DNA from: Lachnospiraceae bacterium
GTDB lineage: Bacteria; Bacillota; Clostridia; Lachnospirales; Lachnospiraceae
Assembly: GCA_030526405.1 (NCBI GenBank)
Contig: JAUNCZ010000010.1
Span: 2,814 to 66,813, forward strand
Direction: 5' to 3'
DNA length: 64,000 nucleotides
Part shown: one piece after another, positions 58,272 to 64,000 of the stretch
Layout: each line of letters opens with the position of its first letter
Position numbering within the stretch: position 1 is the first letter of the stretch
Notes under the pieces: model-generated
The model's database searches: none
The model's input: only the letters and a program-made list of their open reading frames with translations
What the model was told of the DNA's origin: nothing
Program-made: the position numbers and the translations under genes

Positions 58272-59462
58272 TCAGCCTGTTACGCGGTTTTCTTCAATAT
58301 AATTCTGGCAGAAACCGTAGTAGGCTTTTCCAGGCTCCAGTTCAAAGCCCTTGGCAGCTGCCAGTTCTTTGACGGTAACCAGCTGATAGCCCTGAGAAAT
58401 CAGGTAAGGAAACAGATATCTGCAGGCCTCCACGGTGGAATCGTAGCGATCGTGCATCAGAATGATATCTCCCTCTGTGATCTGACTGAGAACCGTATCG
58501 ATTACCGGCTGTGCCTCCAGCAGATCCCAGTCCAGACTGTCCACAGACCACATGATGCTGGGTTTGTCAAGGGCGGCAGCATGCTCCGGAGTAAAATCAC
58601 CGTAGGGGTAGCGTACCGCATCCGATTCTATACCGCCGGACCAGGCAAGGATCTGGTTGTCGCATTCTCTGAAATCCGCAACACTATCCTCCACAGACAG
58701 CTTCAGCTGCTGGGTATGGGTGTTGGTATGATTTCCCACCTCACAGCGATCCTTAATGATATGTGGAATCACGGCTCCGCCGATCTCCACCTGTTTTCCG
58801 ATCATGAAGAAGGTAACACGGGCACCTGTTTCCTCGCAGAGTGCAAGAATCTCGTCCATTCCCTGGCTTGGACCGTCGTCAAAGGTAAATGCCAACAGGC
58901 GGTTTGGATCTGCATCCGGCTGATAAACGGCATTTTCGTCAAAGTAGCAGCCCTTTCCGCCGATCAGCTTCCATCCGAAATCCGCCAGACCGGAGCTGTC
59001 AAGATGGTAGGTTGCTCCTTCGGCGGTGAACCAGCCATTGTAATAGCAGTTTACAAGATCCGGTGTGTACCAGCCGTTCTGACCATCCGTTACATAACCG
59101 ATGTGATCTGTTGCTGCCACCATCCAGTCACTCATGGGGATCAGGCCCGCGTTGCCGGTTCCATCCTCAAATTCCGGCAGAAGCTGCTGAACAGCAGTGG
59201 CAGGGTTCTCAAGGGGGACTCCCTCTGAGAGTGCCGCCTCATCCGGATTACCGGTTGCTGCTGTATCTGTGGTTGCGGAAGCCTGCTCAGCTGTGTAAGT
59301 CTGTTCTGGTGCAGTGATGTCTGCAGGCTTCTTTCTGGTCCGAATAAGCAGAAGAATGAAAATAAGAAGCAGAAGAGCAAGGATTCCACCTGCCAGTGCC
59401 ATTCGTTTCATCAGCTGCTGTTTCCGGAGTTGCCGTTGCCTGCTGTAATTTTTTTCAGTCAA
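58272..59462 (-). CDS. NodB-type polysaccharide deacetylase with TM anchor and cell-wall-binding repeats (paralog 2)
   Basis: Same architecture as 56191-57399: TFDDGP, NHTNTH, RYPYG, DSLDW, ILMHD. TTG start at 59462. Confidence 0.85.
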   Translation of the reverse strand: MTEKNYSRQRQLRKQQLMKRMALAGGILALLLLIFILLLIRTRKKPADITAPEQTYTAEQASATTDTAATGNPDEAALSEGVPLENPATAVQQLLPEFEDGTGNAGLIPMSDWMVAATDHIGYVTDGQNGWYTPDLVNCYYNGWFTAEGATYHLDSSGLADFGWKLIGGKGCYFDENAVYQPDADPNRLLAFTFDDGPSQGMDEILALCEETGARVTFFMIGKQVEIGGAVIPHIIKDRCEVGNHTNTHTQQLKLSVEDSVADFRECDNQILAWSGGIESDAVRYPYGDFTPEHAAALDKPSIMWSVDSLDWDLLEAQPVIDTVLSQITEGDIILMHDRYDSTVEACRYLFPYLISQGYQLVTVKELAAAKGFELEPGKAYYGFCQNYIEENRVTG

Positions 59463-59728
59463 TGTTATGATTCCCCCTTATCTGGTTGCATCCCATTCCG
59501 GATGCTGGTGTTTGAATATTGTATCAAAAGGACTAAGTATTACTATAGCATCAGATGAAACAGGTTACAATATGGGAGAAGGATTCAGAACTGCGAGAAG
59601 AAAACAGATGAAATCATCCATGGTCAAAAACTGTCAGATTCACCGGATGGATGGTCTTCTGAATTTGCATAAATCCTGATTTTGCTATATAATTGTCAGG
59701 AAAAGTGTTGAAAGGGAAGGGTAAGAAC

Positions 59729-59902
59729 ATGACAGCTGTATTTGGAATAATGGCCCTGGTGGGCTGCTGTGGAATCCCTCTCACCGCAGTGAATCTGTTG
59801 ATCAGAAAAGTGCAGGAGAAGCCCACAAAAAGGACTCTGCGAACACTGTTTCTGATGGCGGTTTTTCTGTTTGTGGGAGTGCTGGGAGTGAATTTTCTGT
59901 AA
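59729..59902 (+). CDS. possible 57-aa two-TM membrane peptide
   Basis: Two hydrophobic segments around a basic loop, with a GGGAAGGG RBS-like run before ATG 59729. I recognise no homology. Confidence 0.35.
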   Translation: MTAVFGIMALVGCCGIPLTAVNLLIRKVQEKPTKRTLRTLFLMAVFLFVGVLGVNFL

Positions 59903-60038
59903 TTCATCATTTCTTTACGGAAAAGGAACAGGATTGTAATATGTACGATAATAAAAATATGTGTTAAAATACTATACTGAAAGAAATCATATAGTGTGAG
60001 AACAAAAGAATAATAATAAAAGAGTAAGAGAGAAGAAC

Positions 60039-60629
60039 ATGTATCTGTTTTTAGAGATTTTGGGAACCATTGCCTTTGCTGTATCAGGTGCAATGGTGGC
60101 GATCAGAGCCAGAATGGATCTTCTGGGTGTGGTGGTTCTGGGAATGACCACGGCGGTAGGCGGAGGAATTATCAGAGATGTTCTCATCGGAGTTGTGCCC
60201 CCCATGGCATTTCAGAAGCCGGTTTATGCGGTGGTGGCCATCATGGTATCCCTGGTGGTGTTTCTTCCAAAGGTCAGAACAAGGATCCATACAGATGTCT
60301 TTCTGTTTAATCTGATCGATGCGATTGGCCTTGGAATATTTACTGTGGTGGGTGTGAAGGCCGGAATTCCATTTGAAAATCCGTACCTGCAGTTCTTTCT
60401 GGGAACTGTAACCGGTGTGGGTGGCGGTGTGATGAGAGATGTATTTGCCAGCGAGAAGCCTATGATCTTTGTGAAGCATTTTTATGCCGCTGCCAGCATG
60501 ATCGGTGCATTGGTCTGCATTGCCCTGATGCCTGTCAGTGAATCAGCGGCCATGGTGGTATCTGCGGGAGTGGTGGTTTTTCTCAGAATACTGGCTGCCG
60601 ACAGAAAATGGAATCTGCCCAGAGCATAG
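60039..60629 (+). CDS. TRIC/UPF0126-family cation channel-like membrane protein
   Basis: Internal duplication with GGGIIRDVL and GGGVMRDVF motifs. Confidence 0.8.
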   Translation: MYLFLEILGTIAFAVSGAMVAIRARMDLLGVVVLGMTTAVGGGIIRDVLIGVVPPMAFQKPVYAVVAIMVSLVVFLPKVRTRIHTDVFLFNLIDAIGLGIFTVVGVKAGIPFENPYLQFFLGTVTGVGGGVMRDVFASEKPMIFVKHFYAAASMIGALVCIALMPVSESAAMVVSAGVVVFLRILAADRKWNLPRA

Positions 60630-60685
60630 GAAATGTGCCATAGGGTAACAAGAAGTAAGAATAAGAAAAGAAAGAAGTGAATATA

Positions 60686-60943
60686 ATGAGAGAGTTTAAT
60701 TACACAATCAAATCCCAGGTGGGAATCCATCTTCGTCCTGCTGCAGAGCTCACCGCTGTAGCGGAACGCTTTGACAGCAGAGTGAGAATCACTAAGGAAG
60801 ATGTGACAATGAATGGCAAATCGGTGATGAGCGTTATTTCTCTTTGCGTAAAGCAGGGGGATGAGGTGACCATCACCGTTGAAGGAAAGGATGAAGACCT
60901 GGCCTGCAATGCGTTACAGGATTTTTTTGAGAGCCGTTTGTAA
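60686..60943 (+). CDS. ptsH: phosphocarrier protein HPr
   Basis: Starting at ATG 60686 places His15 (GIHLRPA) and Ser46 (GKSVMSV) at the canonical positions. Confidence 0.9.
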   Translation: MREFNYTIKSQVGIHLRPAAELTAVAERFDSRVRITKEDVTMNGKSVMSVISLCVKQGDEVTITVEGKDEDLACNALQDFFESRL

Positions 60944-61085
60944 ACGTAGAAGTCCCGGAGTAGCAGATAAATATCCTGAGTAGATTATAAGATGAGTGAA
61001 CTGCTGTAAAAGAGACATGGTAATCTGAAAGGAATCGAGGGGACCTGAAGGAAGAAGCGTAATTCATAAAGTGAAAATAACAGAA

Positions 61086-61170
61086 CAAAAAACAGGAGAC
61101 AGAAGAGAAGTATCCAGTCTGAAATTCCAGATCTGAAATGATAGCTCTTTTCCGGCTCCTGTTTCTTTTT
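61086..61170. terminator. long bidirectional terminator (ptsH / tRNA operon)
   Basis: AAAAAACAGGAG ... CTCCTGTTTCTTTTT encloses an imperfect extended stem. Confidence 0.6.
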
Positions 61171-61254
61171 CATAGAGACCCTATAGAGGGAGCAGTGCAG
61201 AAGCACCTGATCAAAGGGGAGTGCCTGAGGTGGCTTGAAAAATGACGCAAAAAA

Positions 61255-61325
61255 AGCAGGTGATGGGAATCGAACCCACGTATCCAGCTTGGAAGGCTGG
61301 TGTTCTACCATTGAACTACACCTGC
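61255..61325 (-). tRNA. tRNA-Gly (anticodon UCC)
   Basis: Cloverleaf folded by hand. Anticodon loop CUUCCAA, T-loop TTCGATT, no encoded CCA. Confidence 0.9.
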
Positions 61326-61329
61326 GAAG

Positions 61330-61404
61330 TCGGGGTGACAGGATTCGAACCTGCGGCCTCCTGGTCCCAAACCAGGCGCTCTAGCCAAGCTGAGCTACAC
61401 CCCG
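61330..61404 (-). tRNA. tRNA-Pro (anticodon UGG)
   Basis: Cloverleaf folded by hand. Anticodon loop UUUGGGA with G37, T-loop TTCGAAT. Confidence 0.9.
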
Positions 61405-61423
61405 ATGAATTTATTTAATTAAG

Positions 61424-61494
61424 AGCAGGTGATGGGAATCGAACCCACGTATCCAGCTTGGAAGGCTGGTGTTCTACCATTGAACTACACCTGC
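61424..61494 (-). tRNA. tRNA-Gly (anticodon UCC), identical second copy
   Basis: Same sequence as 61255-61325. Confidence 0.9.
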
Positions 61495-61498
61495 GAAG

Positions 61499-61573
61499 TC
61501 GGGGTGACAGGATTCGAACCTGCGGCCTCCTGGTCCCAAACCAGGCGCTCTAGCCAAGCTGAGCTACACCCCG
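61499..61573 (-). tRNA. tRNA-Pro (anticodon UGG), identical second copy
   Basis: Same sequence as 61330-61404. Confidence 0.9.
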
Positions 61574-61615
61574 TTGAATTGTTTTAATTGTTTGCACATC
61601 TCTCGCGCAAGTGAT

Positions 61616-61644
61616 ACTTTATCACAAGGTATATGGAGTGTCAA
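61616..61644 (-). promoter_or_regulatory. promoter of the tRNA operon
   Basis: On the minus strand: TTGACA, 17-nt spacer, TAAAGT, about 40 nt upstream of the first tRNA. Confidence 0.6.
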
Positions 61645-61764
61645 CACTTTTTTGAAAAAAAATTTAAAAAGATTAAAATCTGGGAGGAGAAGTTCCATTG
61701 TAGGAAAGACGGAAGCAGTGTAGAATAGAAGTATGAACAGAATTTGCCGGAGGGGGAGATACAG

Positions 61765-62325
61765 ATGGATGAGAACAAAATCTTATGGAAAAAATGTACA
61801 GAATTTCACGGACACATCTGCGGAGGGCTTGCCATCGGCTACAAGGCCGCTCTTTATGCAATACAGCTGTTGGGGCTGCAGTTGAATCAGGAGGATCAGT
61901 TGGGCTGTCTTTCCAGAGATGAGGAACTGGTGTGCATTTCTGAAAATGATGCCTGTGGTGTGGATGCTATTCAGGTGATCCTGGGCTGCAGTGTGGGAAA
62001 GGGAAACCTTCTGTTTCATATGACCGGGAAGATGGCATTTTCCTTCTATAACAGGAAAACAGGGAAATCCGTAAGGCTGCTGCTGAAGGAGCTTCCTGAA
62101 GGAGTGGTGAAGGGGTCTTCCTTTGGTTTCTATGAGAGTTCCGGTCCTGAGGTATTATTCAAAGTAATGCCCACCACAATTCAGGTGCCGGAAAAGGCCA
62201 GAAGCTTTACCTCCTATGTGTGCGAGGAGTGCGGCGAGGTTACAGGAGCAAACTGGATCAGGATCAGAGCAGATCAGAAGCTTTGTCTTGACTGTTATAA
62301 GGGATATGATCGATTCCGTGTGTGA
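61765..62325 (+). CDS. FmdE-family protein with C-terminal zinc ribbon
   Basis: FHGHICGGLAIGYKA and CEECG..CLDC. GGAGGGGGAG RBS before ATG 61765. Confidence 0.8.
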   Translation: MDENKILWKKCTEFHGHICGGLAIGYKAALYAIQLLGLQLNQEDQLGCLSRDEELVCISENDACGVDAIQVILGCSVGKGNLLFHMTGKMAFSFYNRKTGKSVRLLLKELPEGVVKGSSFGFYESSGPEVLFKVMPTTIQVPEKARSFTSYVCEECGEVTGANWIRIRADQKLCLDCYKGYDRFRV

Positions 62326-62365
62326 GATGAATGTTGCAGAGTGTTTAACTGAACAGGATTATCAA

Positions 62366-62400
62366 AAAGGAGCTGCCGTTTTCCTTCGGCAGCTCCTTAA
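62366..62400 (-). terminator. terminator downstream of repeat copy B
   Basis: Minus strand: AAGGAGCTGCCG-9 nt-CGGCAGCTCCTT followed by TTT. Confidence 0.8.
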
Positions 62401-62404
62401 TAAT

Positions 62405-62495
62405 TTACGCGGGCAACGAGCCAAAGTCCGTGCTTGCACGAGACCTTGGCGACTGCCGCGATAACTTGAGAAACTCGCAAAGCGTGTTTCTCAAG
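62405..62495 (-). repeat. copy B of the ~90-nt structured intergenic repeat
   Basis: The reverse complement matches 16941-17030 at 80/90 positions without gaps. Lies between the ECF-S stop codon and the terminator. Confidence 0.85.
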
Positions 62496-62514
62496 TTTCG
62501 ATTAAAAAAATACT

Positions 62515-63039
62515 TTATTCTGTGGCCAGCATACGAAGCTGAGGAACCTTTTTCAGAATCAGCACCAGCGGCACGCCCAGTACCAGACAGGTGATACCCT
62601 GAATCATGTTTCCAGGAATTGCGGACAGGGCTACAAGACCGTAACCGAGAATGGTTGACTCGTACAGAAAATATCCAAGCACCATAATTGCCTCGGCAAC
62701 CACACCGCTGACACAGTATCCAACAACACTGGGCAGCTTCATTTTTCCAAAGCCCTTAAAAACAAGGAATCCAACAAAGGCCATGGCAAATTTGATCACT
62801 GTTGTTCCTGGTACATAGGCACCGTAACCAGCCAGCAGGTCAGCAAGACCGGAGCCAATTCCGGCAGCCAGAGCACCGTATGGATTACCAAGCATCCATG
62901 CAGATAAGAGAACGATGGTATCACCGATGTTTACATAGCCGTTTGTTCCAACGGTAGGTACACGGATCATCATTGTTGCGATGCAGGTTAATGCAGCCAT
63001 CATGGCAGCAGTAGTAAGCAAAGTAAGATTTTTTTTCAT
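62515..63039 (-). CDS. ECF transporter S (substrate-binding) component, substrate unknown
   Basis: 174 aa, 5-6 TM, with an N-terminal pattern (TAAMMAALTCIATMMIRVP) typical of ECF S components. GGAG RBS. Confidence 0.75.
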   Translation of the reverse strand: MKKNLTLLTTAAMMAALTCIATMMIRVPTVGTNGYVNIGDTIVLLSAWMLGNPYGALAAGIGSGLADLLAGYGAYVPGTTVIKFAMAFVGFLVFKGFGKMKLPSVVGYCVSGVVAEAIMVLGYFLYESTILGYGLVALSAIPGNMIQGITCLVLGVPLVLILKKVPQLRMLATE

Positions 63040-63137
63040 GTTTTACTGTCTCCTTTCAGGATACATACGTATCTCATGGGTGAAAGCTTACTATATTACT
63101 GACTGTATTAAAATGGTCAGAATAAAATAATATGATA

Positions 63138-63152
63138 AGGTCAGATTGACCT
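63138..63152. promoter_or_regulatory. perfect 6-3-6 palindrome upstream of the ECF-S gene (candidate operator)
   Basis: AGGTCA-GAT-TGACCT, about 100 nt upstream of the start codon. Confidence 0.35.
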
Positions 63153-63274
63153 AAAAGGGAATGCCAGATAGAGGTAATACCGTCAGACACATGGGAATAA
63201 GGCATTATTTTACTGAATAACAGGAGCTTAAGGGGAATATGCAGGTCAGATTTGCGCAGGCTATGAGAAATAAT

Positions 63275-63295
63275 GTTGGCTCGTTGCTGGCGTAA
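63275..63295 (+). repeat. fragment resembling the 3' end of the 90-nt repeat
   Basis: GTTGGCTCGTTGCTGGCGTAA compared with TTTGGCTCGTTGCCCGCGTAA of copy B. It is also directly followed by a terminator. Confidence 0.45.
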
Positions 63296-63300
63296 GTATG

Positions 63301-63333
63301 AAAAAAAGCTCCGTCAGTGACAGAGCTTTTTTT
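63301..63333. terminator. bidirectional terminator
   Basis: AAAAAAAGCTCCGTCA-G-TGACAGAGCTTTTTTT. Confidence 0.75.
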
Positions 63334-63558
63334 CAGTGAATCTGGTAATATTGGTAATACTGAGGAATCTGATTAGAAATTCCAGTGTGATTGTCATATT
63401 TTGAAAATGTATATGTATTGTTGAAGATCATCTCGGAAAGTCACATACCATCAATGTCCTTTCCTTTGAATCTGCCCTTATTATATGCAGGTCAATGGGT
63501 AAAGTCAACAATAAATACATACAAAAATTAGTAAAATATCACAAATTAATATTGCAAA

Positions 63559-64000
63559 TTAACAAGTAGCAAGGATTTCCTTTCTTCTGTTGAATACTCT
63601 GTAGAGGATCATTCCCAGTACTGTGCAGGATATCAGCTCTCCAATTCCTACGGTAATGCTCATCAGCCAGAGTGGAAGAGTAACACCGTATCCGTAGCGA
63701 AGAACAAAAGGAACAATGAGCATATTGGTAAGTACAGGCGGAAGAGTTGCCAGTACAGGATGTGTTTTTCTGAGCATTCTTGTACCAACAGCTCCCAGCA
63801 GTGTTGCAATGCTTCCGGCAATAATATCAGGAAGAATTGCTCCACCCAGCATATTGCCCAGGATACAGCCGATGAATAAGCCCGGCACGGCAGCAGGAGT
63901 GAAGAGCGGCAGAATGGTCAGACATTCGGATACTCGTACCTGCAGATTTCCGAAGGAAATGGGTGCGAAAATAAAGGTTAAGGTTACATACAGGGCAGCA
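63559..64000 (-). CDS. queT: QueT-family queuosine-precursor transporter (N-terminus off-window)
   Basis: The frame is open to the window edge. Translation ..FAPISFGNLQVRVSECLTILPLF..PGLFIGCILGN matches the QueT family pattern. Confidence 0.75.
   Translation of the reverse strand, partial: AALYVTLTFIFAPISFGNLQVRVSECLTILPLFTPAAVPGLFIGCILGNMLGGAILPDIIAGSIATLLGAVGTRMLRKTHPVLATLPPVLTNMLIVPFVLRYGYGVTLPLWLMSITVGIGELISCTVLGMILYRVFNRRKEILATC

Noticed and set aside
60985-61311. 108-aa ORF on the minus strand.
   Set aside because: It runs through tRNA-Gly and the terminator region. Its translation is driven by tRNA sequence, so it is not a gene.
63239-63295. 18-codon ORF (MQVRFAQAMRNNVGSLLA) with an AGGGGA upstream and a terminator downstream.
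   Set aside because: It is too short to evaluate. Its 3' half is simply the repeat fragment. I have no conservation evidence, so it is not called as a gene.
63040-63300. Possible riboswitch (TPP, FMN, preQ1 and others) in the leader of the ECF-S gene.
   Set aside because: I could not find any of the conserved cores (for example CUGAGA or ACCUGAUCUGGAUAAUGCCAGCG for TPP) on the gene's strand. Only short hairpins and AGGTCA motifs are present.
1-64000. Window-wide scan for CRISPR arrays, IS elements or transposases, integrases, prophage genes, retron/DGR reverse transcriptases and toxin-antitoxin pairs.
   Set aside because: There are no regularly spaced direct repeats, no ORF with the corresponding motifs, and no obvious compositional island. 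The only repeats found are those reported above.

Overview
This is a 64-kb chromosomal segment. By gene content it looks like a Clostridia (Lachnospiraceae-type) Firmicute: DUF1292, TmcAL, the ACT+UPF0210 pair, FmdE, QueT and deacetylases with cell-wall-binding repeats. The taxon is inference only. I can support about 62 protein genes, four tRNAs (a tandemly duplicated Pro-UGG/Gly-UCC unit), about 25 rho-independent terminators and several sigma-A-like promoters. The content is mainly housekeeping. It includes SEDS/acpP, a UvrD-type helicase, polA-coaE, rpsO-pnp, dut, ilvE, lysC, and pyrH-frr-uppS-cdsA-rseP. These are followed by a priming sugar transferase with glmS and glf, assorted transporters and oxidoreductases, and ptsH. 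I saw no transposase, integrase, phage, CRISPR, restriction, toxin-antitoxin or recognisable defence genes, so I do not claim a complete new system. The observations most worth a second look are listed here. (1) An unrecognised ~90-nt structured repeat occurs twice (80/90 identical, opposite strands), each time wedged in sense orientation between a stop codon and its terminator, and partial relatives exist elsewhere. (2) Three apparent pseudo-enzymes: a Sir2-fold protein with all NAD/catalytic signatures replaced, sitting directly upstream of an intact SF1 helicase; a GlgX-like GH13 protein lacking the nucleophile Asp and the acid/base Glu; and one member of a tandem pair of Mesh1/SpoT-like HD hydrolase paralogs with coiled-coil tails that has lost the ED motif. 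(3) A 696-bp gene-free gap has its own promoters, four hairpins and a strong terminator, so it is a candidate sRNA locus. (4) Two paralogous deacetylase genes with a near-identical 3' block flank an SCP2-fold gene that carries a 36-nt tandem repeat and a lysine-rich tail. (5) A 519-bp intergenic region between the QueT and ECF-S genes is packed with AGGTCA-type motifs. All coordinates, motifs and alignments were derived by eye from the sequence. No database search was run.
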